A stretch of 64,000 nucleotides of DNA from Betaproteobacteria bacterium (GTDB lineage Bacteria; Pseudomonadota; Gammaproteobacteria; Burkholderiales; Usitatibacteraceae), in the NCBI GenBank assembly GCA_016720925.1, contig JADKJR010000013.1:52243-116242 (forward strand), read 5' to 3'. The translations under genes and the position numbers were made by a program. Each line of letters opens with the position of its first letter. Position 1 is the first letter of the stretch. The notes beneath the pieces are model-generated. The model saw only the letters and a program-made list of their open reading frames with translations, ran no database searches and was not told where the DNA came from. This document shows positions 28,373 through 39,000 of this stretch, one piece after another.

Positions 28373-29640
28373 TTGGCCGCGGCTGGTGGAGATGAAGAAG
28401 GCATGTGAGATGGCACGGTAATCGGTCGCACGCGTGCGCCTTCGGTAATCGTGTTGCCAGTCGCCCGCAACACCAGATCGCCATCGACAAGCCCCTCAAG
28501 GATTTCAACTCGTTTGTCTCCTCGCACACCAAGCGTTATCCGCCGTTTCAGCGCGCGTCCGTCTGCAACCAGCATCACCCATGGCGCCACGCCGGCGGCA
28601 TCACGAATCGCCTCCGGCGCCAGAGACAGTGCATTGGCAATTCGCGCGACTTCGATATCGACCGACACCGTCATATCCTGCCGCAGGTAGTCCGGCGGCG
28701 CAGGCACGTTGAGTTTTACCGCCACCGAACCGCGCGTCGCATCGACACCGGGATTGATGTAGACGAGTTCGACCGGAAAACGTTTGCCCGGATAGGCATC
28801 GGCCGAGCCAATTGCACGCTGCCCGAGCGACAGGTAACGCAGGTTCTTTTCGTCGATTTGTACGATCAGCTGTGTCGGTCCGGCCGGGGACAGTACCATT
28901 AGAACTTTGCCGGGCTGGACAACATCGCCTCGCTCAACATTGCGCGAAATAAGCGTTCCGCCGATAGGAGCCTTGATGAGCGTGTGACCGAGCTTCGCCT
29001 GCGCAGCGGCAAGCGTCGCGCGTGCCTGCTGCAGGTTTGTCTGGGCAATCGCGTAATCGGTGCCGGCAGGTCGATTCGACTTCACCTGAAGTTGCGCGGT
29101 TTCCACCTGGCTTTGTGCGACCTGCAAATTACGTTCTGCATCGTCGAGTTGCGATTTTCCGATGAAGCCTTTCCCCGCCAGGTCTTTGGTCCGCTCATAT
29201 TGTTTCTGCGTATTGGCGAGCGTCGCCTTTGCCTGTGCGAGCGTCTGTTCGGCAATCGGCGTGGTCAGTTCGCGTATCTGCCGCAGGCGGGCGGCGGCCT
29301 GATTGACGGCGGCCTTCGCCTGATCAACCGCTGCGGCTTCGTCACTGTTTTCAAGCAGGATCAGCGATTGGCCGGCCCTCACCACTTGGCCTTCGGCCAC
29401 CGGTACGCCAGTCACCTCACCGGTGATCTGGCTACCGATGTCGATCCGTGATGGGCTCTCCACGTGACCACTTGCAACCACCGTTTGAGTGAGTTCGCTG
29501 CGCAGTACCGGAAATGCCGGCAGGCTGGGACCCAGTATTTTCGGTATCAGCCAATAGCCTGCTGCTGCCAGCAACACTATCGCGCCAAGCGCCGGCCAGC
29601 GCCATTGGACAAGCTTCAACCGGAATTCATTGGAGTTCAT
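28369..29640 (-). CDS. HlyD/MacA-type periplasmic adaptor (membrane fusion protein)
   Basis: N-terminal anchor, a long coiled-coil (..AKAAVNQAAARLRQI...QVETAQLQV...) and lipoyl/beta-barrel segments. 4-bp overlap with the permease gene. Confidence 0.85.
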   Translation of the reverse strand: MNSNEFRLKLVQWRWPALGAIVLLAAAGYWLIPKILGPSLPAFPVLRSELTQTVVASGHVESPSRIDIGSQITGEVTGVPVAEGQVVRAGQSLILLENSDEAAAVDQAKAAVNQAAARLRQIRELTTPIAEQTLAQAKATLANTQKQYERTKDLAGKGFIGKSQLDDAERNLQVAQSQVETAQLQVKSNRPAGTDYAIAQTNLQQARATLAAAQAKLGHTLIKAPIGGTLISRNVERGDVVQPGKVLMVLSPAGPTQLIVQIDEKNLRYLSLGQRAIGSADAYPGKRFPVELVYINPGVDATRGSVAVKLNVPAPPDYLRQDMTVSVDIEVARIANALSLAPEAIRDAAGVAPWVMLVADGRALKRRITLGVRGDKRVEILEGLVDGDLVLRATGNTITEGARVRPITVPSHMPSSSPPAAAK

Positions 29641-29797
29641 CGTGTACTACTCCTTCTTTGTCCGATGACCCATTCACGTTCCACTGGGACAATTCCGGAA
29701 AACTCGCGGAATGCGCAATCCGCCGATGTGCGGAAAGCGCATCAGCCAAAATTATTGGCCCCTGAATGAAATAGTACGGCCACGCGAAGTGGGCGAG

Positions 29798-29813
29798 TTT
29801 GATGCGCATCAAA
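29798..29813. promoter_or_regulatory. 16-bp perfect palindrome, candidate operator upstream of the ABC efflux operon
   Basis: TTTGATGCGCATCAAA lies 158 bp upstream of the adaptor-gene start. Further GCGCATCA half-sites occur near 29728 and 29845. Confidence 0.3.
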
Positions 29814-29959
29814 ATGACCGGCAATCGACCAAAACTTATCTTGTGCGCATCAGAACAGCAAACGCCAAATCAAACTTGCAATGATCGCGATTGCCGCGCG
29901 CCTACCAGCGGGCATGACGGATGCACAGACCGGACAGTTGCCGGGACTTGACGGACGGG

Positions 29960-31294
29960 CTAGAACGCCTGACGAACAATTGCCCGGCTTGAAGTCACGC
30001 CATTGAGCGTGTAATTCATGGTGCCGGCGCTCGCGCCGCTGAAGGCGAAGGTGATTGAACCCACCGAGCTCGCCGCATTGGTGCCATTCCAAATGGCAGT
30101 AAGGGGTTCTCCTCCGGTCACCTGGTACAAGGCACCCGAGCAACCGGCGCCCGAGACCGGGCAATTCGGTACGACGTACCAGACCGGCTTGCCGGTCGCG
30201 TCGTAGACATACCAGGCGGCGAAGATGATGCCGTACTGCTGGGTCAGCGATATGCCCCAGCCGTCTTCGCCCGGATTCCACCACAGGTCGGTGTAGTCGA
30301 TGGCCGGCGCGGTTGTGCCGGTTGCCAGCGGCTGCAAGGTGATGGACTTCGATCCGGCGACATTGTTGATGGTGAAATTGAAGTTACCCGCGGTGGCGCT
30401 GGCAAACGTCAATGTACCCGTTCCCACCTGCGCCACCGCCTTGCCTGCGGCGCTCCATGCCACTGCGGGCGAGGTGCCTCCGGTCACCTGGTAGATGGCG
30501 CCGCTGCAAGTGCCGTTGGTGACCGGACAATTGGGAATCACGTACCAGGTAGGCTGGCCGGCGGCATCGTAGGTGTATAGGGCCGCGAAAATGATATTGC
30601 CATGCTGTGTGACACTCATCCCCCAGCCGGATTCGTTGGCGTTCCACCACAGGCCTTGGTAGCTATTGGGCACTGCCGTTGCGGTGCTGACAAAGACGAG
30701 ATTCTTCTTTTCGATCGTGTTGTTTGTGACTGTGCCGACAATCGGCATGGAGTCGAACGGGCTGCCGGCATTGGCAAGCGGCAGCAGTGCGATCGCATCG
30801 GCGACAGCCATGCTGCCAGGTGTCACCTGACCAAAAACGGTGAACCCGCCGTTCTGTGCATCGAGATTCGCGGCGTTATCGCCCAGATTGATGAACCATT
30901 GCGAAGTTGCGCTGTTTGGATCGCTGCCCAGCTTGGCCATCGCGATCGTTCCCCGCACATTGGATCGGCCGGCGCTGAACTCATTGGCGACTGGTGCGTT
31001 CTCCCGCACGCCGACAACCGTCGCGCTTGCGTCATCCCAGACAAATCCCCCGCCCTGGATGACGAAACCGGGCACGCTGCGATGGATGATGGAGTTCCGG
31101 TATGCACCGCTGTTCACATACGTCAGGAAGTTCGCTACCGTGCGCGGGGCGGCGGTGTCATACAAAAGGATATCAATGGCGCCCAGCGACGTCTGCATTC
31201 TCACCGTCGTGGCTTCGCCGACGGCCGGCAAGGCAAGGATGAAGATCATTGCCAGAATGCGAAAGGTTTTTCGTTTGAGCTGATTCAAAGACAT
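29960..31294 (-). CDS. exported cyclophilin-type peptidyl-prolyl isomerase fused to two tandem ~112-aa repeats of unknown function
   Basis: Signal MSLNQLKRKTFRILAMIFILALPAVGEA. Cyclophilin core ...FLTYVNSGAYRNSIIHRSVPGFVIQGGGF...SATSQWFINL... C-terminal repeats are YQGLWWNANESGWGMSVTQHGNIIFAALYTYDAAGQPTWYVIPNCPVTNGTCSGAIYQVTGG... and YTDLWWNPGEDGWGISLTQQYGIIFAAWYVYDATGKPVWYVVPNCPVSGAGCSGALYQVTGG... Confidence 0.8.
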   Translation of the reverse strand: MSLNQLKRKTFRILAMIFILALPAVGEATTVRMQTSLGAIDILLYDTAAPRTVANFLTYVNSGAYRNSIIHRSVPGFVIQGGGFVWDDASATVVGVRENAPVANEFSAGRSNVRGTIAMAKLGSDPNSATSQWFINLGDNAANLDAQNGGFTVFGQVTPGSMAVADAIALLPLANAGSPFDSMPIVGTVTNNTIEKKNLVFVSTATAVPNSYQGLWWNANESGWGMSVTQHGNIIFAALYTYDAAGQPTWYVIPNCPVTNGTCSGAIYQVTGGTSPAVAWSAAGKAVAQVGTGTLTFASATAGNFNFTINNVAGSKSITLQPLATGTTAPAIDYTDLWWNPGEDGWGISLTQQYGIIFAAWYVYDATGKPVWYVVPNCPVSGAGCSGALYQVTGGEPLTAIWNGTNAASSVGSITFAFSGASAGTMNYTLNGVTSSRAIVRQAF

Positions 31295-31481
31295 TTTTCC
31301 CTCGATAGATCTGCTTGCGTAAGGTCCGGCGATGCGGTATGCCGGGTGGCGCACATTGTATTACGGCAGCCGCACTGCGCGGCGGATTGATGGTCTGTTG
31401 GTCTACGAATGGCCGGTTCGCTCGATGGTAGTGACGAGGGTGGCAACGCCATTCGACCGCGAGTTGAAGACCCGCAGGTCT

Positions 31482-32783
31482 TCAGCGTGATGAAGCAGGC
31501 AGCGGAAAAGGTGCCGGAAATGGCGCCAGGGCAGGCGCGAGCGGGGCAGGCTTCGGCGAAAGCGCACCGGCTACATGTCCGAAATCAAATCCTGCCACAG
31601 CTTGCGCCGCCGCCGACCCCAACTTGCCATATAGCTCAAGAATGTTGGCCTTGTCGTTCGGGTAAACGCGGTTCGACAGAAATACGAAAAAAGTCTTTGA
31701 GAAAGGATCAATCCACAGGATGCAACCGGTGAATCCGGTATGCCCATAGCTGCCGATTGGAAACACGCTGCCGCGCGGTCGGGAGTAAGGCGAATCGATG
31801 TCCCAACCCGCGCTGCGGCGCCACTCGCTGCCCGATGGTGATTGCACACTGCTCATCAGGCGAACACTCTCACGACTCAGTACCCGCACGCCATCAAGTT
31901 CGCCTTCGTTCAGCATCATTCTGGCAAAGCGCGCGAGATCGGACGCCGTGGTGAATACGCCGGCGGATCCGCCCACGCCACCCAAGAATCGCACAGTGGG
32001 ATCGTGCACCACGCCTTGCAGGACCTGGCCATCATGCAAATCGCGATGCAACGACTGTGCGAGCGGGTCGGCCATTCGTTGCGTGGGTGCGATGCGCGCC
32101 GTGGCCATTCTTTCCAATGGCAAATAACCCGTGTCGCGCATGCGCAACGGACCATAAAGGCGTTTTGCGGCGAATTCGTTTAGCGGCAGGCCACTCACGC
32201 GCTGCACCAACATGCCCAGCAGGGTGAAATTAATGTCCGAATAGCGGAACAGGCTGCCGGGAGGATGCGTGACAGCCTGCGAACACGCCAGATTGAATGC
32301 GGCCATTTCGCCCCGCCATGACGGTATGGCCGGCAGACCCGCTGCGAGGCCCGAAGTATGAGTCAGGAGGTGACGCACGCTGATGGCGTCCTTGCCGCCA
32401 CGGGAACATTCTGGGAAATACTGGATAAGCGGCGTATCGAGCGCGACTTTTCCCTCCTCGATCAGCAGCATGATGGACGGAGCGGTTGCGATCACCTTGG
32501 TCAGCGACGCCGCGTCGAAAACGGTATTCAGGTTTGTCACGTTGGCATCGGCTTCAAATGTTTGGCGGCCGAAGGCTTTCTGGTATGAGACGCCATTGCG
32601 TTCCAGCCAGAACACCGCACCGGGCATCTGGCGGCGGGCGATAAAGGATTCGACCGCAATGTCGATCTCCGCATATCGGCTGGCATCCAGCGGGGAAGGC
32701 GAGGGCGTAGGCAAGTGAGTACATCCTGTCAGCAGGTTAATCGCAAACAGAACAGCGGTTGTGGCGCGCGTGCTGGCGCGCAT
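31482..32783 (-). CDS. serine hydrolase, beta-lactamase family (lipoprotein)
   Basis: SxxK motif ASLTK. Lipobox FAINLLTGC. Start uncertain (32783, 32792 or 32831). Confidence 0.75.
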   Translation of the reverse strand: MRASTRATTAVLFAINLLTGCTHLPTPSPSPLDASRYAEIDIAVESFIARRQMPGAVFWLERNGVSYQKAFGRQTFEADANVTNLNTVFDAASLTKVIATAPSIMLLIEEGKVALDTPLIQYFPECSRGGKDAISVRHLLTHTSGLAAGLPAIPSWRGEMAAFNLACSQAVTHPPGSLFRYSDINFTLLGMLVQRVSGLPLNEFAAKRLYGPLRMRDTGYLPLERMATARIAPTQRMADPLAQSLHRDLHDGQVLQGVVHDPTVRFLGGVGGSAGVFTTASDLARFARMMLNEGELDGVRVLSRESVRLMSSVQSPSGSEWRRSAGWDIDSPYSRPRGSVFPIGSYGHTGFTGCILWIDPFSKTFFVFLSNRVYPNDKANILELYGKLGSAAAQAVAGFDFGHVAGALSPKPAPLAPALAPFPAPFPLPASSR

Positions 32784-32852
32784 TCCGGACATTAAAGAAA
32801 AATGGGGAAACATCACCGGATAATAAGGCAAGCCACGCCCGAATACCGCCGA

Positions 32853-33443
32853 TCAGAATCCGGATCCAGGTTGCTTCAGGAATTCGCTTTCCTCCGCAGT
32901 GCTCCTGCGTGACAACGCTTCATTGCGGTGGGGGAAACGTCCGAATCGGCGAATGATGACAAGGTGTTTTTCAGCCCACACATGCAAGTCCCGGGTCTCG
33001 CGAAATCCGGACAGCTCTTTCATCAGCCGCAGGCAAAGTTCCTGGTCGGGCAAGTGTTCGCTGTGCTCAAACGGTAGATAGATAAACAATCGCTCGACCG
33101 GTCGCAGTGTGCGGTCATATTCCTTTGCCAGTGCGTAGCGGGCGGCCTTGCGGGCCATCGCGTCAGCTTCAAAGGCGCGGCGTGTGCCGCGGAACATGTT
33201 GCGCGGGAATTGATCGAGCGTGACGATCAGGGCGAGACACGCGAGCGGTTGGTCTTTCCAGTGGGGAAACTCACCCGCCACCGCCTGCTCGTAGACGGCC
33301 AGAAAACGCGTACGAATTTCCTCGTCGAACGCGGCGTCTTTCTTGAACCATTGTTCGCGACTCTGACCGCGAATTCTGCCGTCACCAAACCAGAAAGTGA
33401 GAATATCCTGTGCAACGGCGTCCAGCGTGGGTGCGGTGATCAT
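32853..33443 (-). CDS. DUF924 family protein
   Basis: 196 aa. Blocks ...ILTFWFGD... and ...LDQFPRNMFRG...R.. match what I recall of DUF924. Confidence 0.65.
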   Translation of the reverse strand: MITAPTLDAVAQDILTFWFGDGRIRGQSREQWFKKDAAFDEEIRTRFLAVYEQAVAGEFPHWKDQPLACLALIVTLDQFPRNMFRGTRRAFEADAMARKAARYALAKEYDRTLRPVERLFIYLPFEHSEHLPDQELCLRLMKELSGFRETRDLHVWAEKHLVIIRRFGRFPHRNEALSRRSTAEESEFLKQPGSGF

Positions 33444-33528
33444 ACCGCCATCATAAGCGACCCGGCCCGCGCAGACGCGGAATTCCTGCTTTATGATGCG
33501 GGTTCACGCCAAAACACAAGGAGCAAAC

Positions 33529-33897
33529 ATGATCGGCTACGTGACACTGGGAACAAACGACCTGGCGCGGGGTGCCAAGTTCTACGATGAGCTGCTGGCG
33601 GTCATTGGCGCCAAGCGTTTTATGGAATCAGACCGCTTCATTGCGTGGTCGGTCAGCCCGACCACGCCTAGCCTGGGCTTGATCAAGCCGTATGACGGAA
33701 AACCTGCCACGGTCGGTAATGGCGTGATGGTCGCGCTGGTGGTCGACAGCAAGGAAAAAGTCGACGCGCTTTACAAAAAGGCCATGGCCCTCGGCGCCAA
33801 GGATGAAGGCGCACCCGGTCCGCGTTTCGATGGATTCTATGCCGCGTATTTTCGCGATCTGGATGGCAACAAGCTGAATTTCTTTTTTATGGGGTGA
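33529..33897 (+). CDS. VOC/glyoxalase family protein
   Basis: MIGYVTLGTNDLARGAKFYDELL...AYFRDLDGNKL. AAGGAG RBS at 33518-33523. Confidence 0.8.
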   Translation: MIGYVTLGTNDLARGAKFYDELLAVIGAKRFMESDRFIAWSVSPTTPSLGLIKPYDGKPATVGNGVMVALVVDSKEKVDALYKKAMALGAKDEGAPGPRFDGFYAAYFRDLDGNKLNFFFMG

Positions 33898-33940
33898 ACG
33901 CGGGGTTTCGAGGAGCAAACAGTTTTGCTCCTCGCCGCGT
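33898..33940 (+). terminator. strong hairpin immediately after the VOC gene
   Basis: ACGCGG-ggttt-CGAGGAGCAAA-cagt-TTTGCTCCTCG-CCGCGT (11-bp inner stem plus 6-bp outer stem). No long U-tract. Confidence 0.45.
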
Positions 33941-34055
33941 GAACCGGCAGCCCTCCGGGGTGCCGTGGGGCCTAGCAACACCGTGGTAACAAAAGACTTC
34001 TGAACGCCTGCACTTTCCTGTTCCCATCCTCAGCAAATTCTCAACACGCCTCGCC

Positions 34056-34994
34056 ATGCAAGATTCCTTCGATCCCTTCAAACCCAGTGCGAGCGGCTTC
34101 TACAATCCGGCTGTCGCAAAACTTTTCTTTGAATCCTCGGGGAAGAGTGAGGAATTTGCAGCCGGCACGACGCTATTTGTCGAAAACGAAAAATCCAGCC
34201 GCCAAGGGTTGTTCACCAAGCCAATCGGCCAGGCACTCGCGACCCCGATCGACGGCGCGCTGTTCGCGAAGCCAAACATTCATCGCATGTACTTCCTGAC
34301 GGACGGCGAGGTCGCTCTTACCACCAATGGCAAACCGTTGGTGACGATCTGGCCGGGCGACATATTTGGCGAAATGGCCGTGATTAGTGAGATCCCCAGC
34401 CTGTCGGTTTCGAGCGCGCGCAGCGCAACGGCAACGGCAAGCACGGACTGCCGTGCGTGGTCGCTGGATGGCAAGGAAGCCGAAGCCGGCCTCGCGAAGA
34501 CACCAGAATTCGCTCTGATGCTGATGAGCGTGATGTTCGAACGCCTGCGTTTCCTCGCCACGCGCCTGGCCGCGCGCAGCGATACCAGTGGACACCGCAG
34601 CAATCGCAGCGAGCCGGTATTCGATGGCGCGATGCTTTCACAACTCGAACAGAAGCTGGAACGGGCCACCGTGGTGCGGTTCAACCAGGGCGCCAAAATC
34701 ATGATTGAAGGTCGGCCGGGCACCAGCATGTACGTCGTGCTTGAGGGCGATGTCGCCGTCGCTATTGGTATACGCATCGTCGAGAAGCTGTCGGCCGGCG
34801 GTGTATTTGGTGAGATGGCACTTGTCGATCAGTCACCTCGTGTCGCCACCGCTGTCGCGCGCACCGATTGTGCGCTGCTGTCGATCAACCGCGCCGCGTT
34901 GATCGCACTGGTGCGATCGGACCCAGCCATCGGCATGGCGATGATGCGCGCTGTGGCGGCGCGAATTCGATACATGAATTCACTTTTCGTCTGA
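34056..34994 (+). CDS. tandem cyclic-nucleotide-binding (CNB) domain protein, no output domain (paralog 1)
   Basis: Two CNB phosphate-binding cassettes: GDIFGEMAVISEIP...RSATATA and GGVFGEMALVDQSPRVATAVA. No HTH or enzymatic domain. Confidence 0.8.
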   Translation: MQDSFDPFKPSASGFYNPAVAKLFFESSGKSEEFAAGTTLFVENEKSSRQGLFTKPIGQALATPIDGALFAKPNIHRMYFLTDGEVALTTNGKPLVTIWPGDIFGEMAVISEIPSLSVSSARSATATASTDCRAWSLDGKEAEAGLAKTPEFALMLMSVMFERLRFLATRLAARSDTSGHRSNRSEPVFDGAMLSQLEQKLERATVVRFNQGAKIMIEGRPGTSMYVVLEGDVAVAIGIRIVEKLSAGGVFGEMALVDQSPRVATAVARTDCALLSINRAALIALVRSDPAIGMAMMRAVAARIRYMNSLFV

Positions 34995-35084
34995 GTCCGC
35001 CAAGCTGCAAGTGCTTTCCGCAATCAATGCGGAACCGATCGACTGTAATATTCCGTGGCAATCACAATCAATCAGGGAGCTCAA

Positions 35085-35939
35085 ATGAAACGCGTACTTA
35101 TTGCAGTATTTGCCCTCATCATATCCGGCGTCCATGCCCAAGACCTCACGGGCACGCTGAAGAAAATCAAGGAAAGCAACACCATCGCACTCGGCACCCG
35201 CGATACCTCCCTGCCATTTTCGTATCTCGACGACAAGCAGCAACCGATCGGCTACTCGATTGACCTCTGCAACAAGATTGTTGACGCGATCAAGTCCGAA
35301 CTGAATCTCCCCAATCTTCAGGTCAAGCTGATCCCGGTCATCTCGCAGACCCGTGTTCCGCTGGTGTCCAACGGCACCGTCGACCTTGAGTGCGGATCGA
35401 CCACCAATACCTTGACGCGTCAGAAGCAGGTCGAGTTTTCGCACATCACGTTTGTCGGTGGCACGCGATTGCTGGTGAAAGCCAACTCCGGCATCAAGGA
35501 AGTGGAAGACCTGAAGGGAAAAACCATCTCGGTTTCGCAGGGCACCACCAACGAGCGCATCATCAAATCCATCAGCGAGCAGAAGCAGCTTGGCATCAAG
35601 ATCCTGAATGTGAAGGATCACGGCGAAGGATTCATCGCTCTCGAGACTGGACGCGTGCAGGCAAACGTGAGTGACGACATACAGCTACTGGCGCTGGCGG
35701 CGAATGCGAAGCGTCCGCAGGATTTCGCCGTGGTCGGCCGCCAGCTATCGTATGAGCCTTTCGGCCTCATGTTCCGCCGCGGCGATGCGGATTTCAAATT
35801 GATGGTGAACAAAACGCTATCCGGCTTGTTCCGTTCCGGCGAAATCGAAAAAATCTACAACAAGTGGTTTACGCCTTTGGGTGCGCCAATCAGCGAGACG
35901 CTGCGTACTGCGTTTGCGATACAGGCGCTGCCGGAATAA
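35085..35939 (+). CDS. amino-acid ABC transporter substrate-binding protein (family 3, Glu/Asp-type), orphan
   Basis: Signal MKRVLIAVFALIISGVHA. Blocks ...IALGTRDTSLPFSYLD..., ...DLECGSTTNT... and ...SVSQGTTNE... No permease or ATPase gene adjacent. Confidence 0.8.
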   Translation: MKRVLIAVFALIISGVHAQDLTGTLKKIKESNTIALGTRDTSLPFSYLDDKQQPIGYSIDLCNKIVDAIKSELNLPNLQVKLIPVISQTRVPLVSNGTVDLECGSTTNTLTRQKQVEFSHITFVGGTRLLVKANSGIKEVEDLKGKTISVSQGTTNERIIKSISEQKQLGIKILNVKDHGEGFIALETGRVQANVSDDIQLLALAANAKRPQDFAVVGRQLSYEPFGLMFRRGDADFKLMVNKTLSGLFRSGEIEKIYNKWFTPLGAPISETLRTAFAIQALPE

Positions 35940-35954
35940 CCGCATAGAAAGGCG

Positions 35955-36022
35955 AAACCCAAGCGCTGGCGCGCCTTCTGGCGGCAAAATGCCGTGAACA
36001 CCGCGCCAGTGCTTGAGTTTGC
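35955..36022 (-). repeat. REP-like extragenic element, copy 5 (inverted orientation)
   Basis: AAACCCAAGCGCTGGCGCGCC / TTCTGGCGGCAAAATGCCGTGAACA / CCGCGCCAGTGCTTGAGTTTGC, with arms pairing at 14 of 16 positions. Sits between the convergent stops at 35939 and 36031. The reverse-complement loop matches the CAGCCATTTTTGCC motif. Confidence 0.7.
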
Positions 36023-36030
36023 ATCTGCGA

Positions 36031-39000
36031 CTAATCGGCCATGGCCGGCTTTGCCATCCGCGCGCGTTCCGCACCATTACCTTCCGCCTCATTGACTTCC
36101 GCTTTATCGCCTTCCATCACCATCGGCCCGCTCCCCGACCAGCGATCGAGATAGAGGTAGATAACCGGCGTGATGAAGAGCGTGATGACTTGCGAAAACA
36201 GTAGTCCGCCGACCACGGCAAGACCCAATGGCTGCCGCAACTCCGCCCCGGCGCCCAGCCCGAAAGCGATCGGCATGGCGCCCATAAGTGCTGCGAGAGT
36301 CGTCATCATGATCGGCCGGAATCGCAGCAGGCACGCGGTGCGTATCGCCATTTGCGGTGACATGCCTTTGGTACGTTGTGCATCGATGGCGAAGTCGATC
36401 ATCATGATGGCGTTCTTCTTGACGATGCCGATCAACATGACGATTCCGACGGTAGCGATGATCGACAGATCCATATTGAAGAACCACAGCGTGATCAGCG
36501 CACCGACCGCCGCGGAAGGCAAGCCCGCCAGAATGGTCAGCGGATGAATGTAGCTCTCGTAGAGCACCCCGAGCAGCACATAGATCACCAGCAGCGCGGA
36601 GATGATCAGCACCACCTGCCCACCTTGGGACGACTGGAAAGCGGCAGCATCGCCACCCCATGATGTGAGAATGCTCGCGGGCATTTTCAGCTGGTCGCGA
36701 TACTGCAATATCTTCTTTGACGCATCGCCCAACGCCACACCCGGCGCCAGGTTGAATGACACCGTCAGCGCCTCCAGTTGCCCGGCGTGATTGATGGCGG
36801 TCGCGCCGGTTTCGCGTCGCACCGTTCCCAGCGCTGAAAGCGGAATCAGTTTGCCGCTCTTGGCGCGCACGAAAATCTTGCTGAAGGCGCTTTCGTCGGC
36901 GCGATCTTCGGCGCCCACTTGCATGATCACCTGAAAACTGTCGACCGACGTGAAGATGGTCGCGATCTGCCGCTCGCCGAATGCCGAATACATGGCGCTG
37001 CGAATATCCTGAATGTTCACGCCCATGGCGTTGGCGCGGTCGCGGTCGATGTCGAACCGTGCCTGCAAGCCTTTCAACTGCGCGTCGCTGGTGACATCGC
37101 GGAACAGCGGATCCGTGCGCATGAGGTTGATCATGCCGTCGGCGGCACTGCGCAGCGCGGCATTGTCGACGCTCTTCAAAGAGTACTGGTATCGCGCCTT
37201 GCTGGGGCGGCCGCCCAATCGCAGATTCTGCAATGGATTGGGAAATACATTGACGCCCGCAATCGCACGTGTCTCGCGCCGCAGCGATTCAACGACCTTT
37301 GACATGGACGGTCGCTGGCCGCGCGGTTTGAGTGTCACAAAGATGCGTCCGGAATTTCCGTCGAACGCATTGACGATCACGGTATCGGTGGCAGGATTGG
37401 CGCGAATGACCTCGCCGGTTCGTTGTAACAATTCACTCATTGCCGGGAAAGAAATATCTTCCACCGCCTCGACCGTGATGAGCATTTGACCGATATCCTC
37501 TTCCGGAAAAAAACCCTTCGGCAATAGATAGAACAGAAAGCCGGTCGCCACAAAGGTGGCGAGGGCAACACCCAGCACGACGCGCCTGCGCGCCAGCGCC
37601 GCGTCCAGCGTGCGCTCGTAGCGCCCGAGAACCCATTTGAAGACTCGCTCGAACCAGGCGGTCCAGCGTTCCGCGACATTCGCACCCGCACTGGCGTCAT
37701 GCAGTTTCAGGAAGCGGCTCGCCAACATCGGGATCAGCGTCAGCGAGACCATGGCGGACACCATCACGGCAACACCGACGACCACGGCGAACTCGTGAAA
37801 TAAAAGTCCGATCACGCCCGGCATGAAGAAGATCGGGATGAACACTGCCACCAGCGAGATCGAAATCGAGACGATGGTAAAGGTCATTTCGCGCGAGCCC
37901 TGCAGGGCGGCCTGCATCGGCTCCATGCCTTCTTCCATATGGCGGACGATATTTTCCAGCACCACGATGGCATCGTCCACCACCAGGCCGACGGCGAGCG
38001 TGATGGCCAGCAGTGAAATGTTATCGAGGCTGTAGCCAAGCCAGTAGACGACGGCCAGCGTGCCGAACAGGGAAATCGGCAATGACAGCGCCGGAATGAT
38101 GGTGGCCATGACGTGCCGCAGGAAGAGGAAGATCACCAGTACCACCAGTGCCACGGTCAGGCCCAGGGTCAGTTTCACATCGTGGATCGCGTCGCGGATC
38201 GACTGCGAGCGGTCATTGCGCAATTTCACTTCCACCGAAGATGGCAATTGCTCGACCAGTCGCGGCAGCATCGCCTTGATGGTATCAACCGTCGCCACCG
38301 TGTTGGCATCCGGCTGGCGGCGTATAGACATGGTGATCGCGCGCTCGCCGTTGGCCCAACTCGCCGTCTTGACGGATTCCACACTGTCTTCCACTTGTGC
38401 AATATCGCCGAGCCGCACCGGACCGGCCGCGGTGGTGGCGATGATCAGATTGGAAAATTCGGCTGCACGCGTGAGTTGGCGATTGGCGGTGATGACGAGC
38501 GTCTGGCGCGCGCCTTCGAGCGTGCCCACCGGTGTATTGGCGTTCGCCGCGCGCACGGCGGCGGATACATCGTCCAGCGTCAGGCCGCGCGCGGCGGTTG
38601 CTTCCGGATCGACGCGCATGCGGATCGCGAATTTCTTCTGGCCATTGATGTCCACTTGCGCGACACCTGGCAGCGTAGATAACGACGGCAGGATCAGGTT
38701 TTCGGCATAGCTGTTCAATTCCGACAGCGGCATCGATGGCGAAATCAGGGTGAGAAACAGAACGGGCGAATCCGCGGGGTTGACCTTGCGATACGATGGC
38801 AGCGTGGTCATTTCAATCGGCAGCGCCCGCTGTGCGCGCAGCAGCGCGGCCTGCACGTCCACTGACGCGGCATCGATATTGCGGCCCTGATCGAACTCCA
38901 GCGTAATTTGGGTATTGCCAAGGCTACTGGTCGAACTCATGGTGTTCACGCCAGCGATGGTCGAGAACTGGCGTTCGAGTGGTGTGGCCACCGAAGAGGC

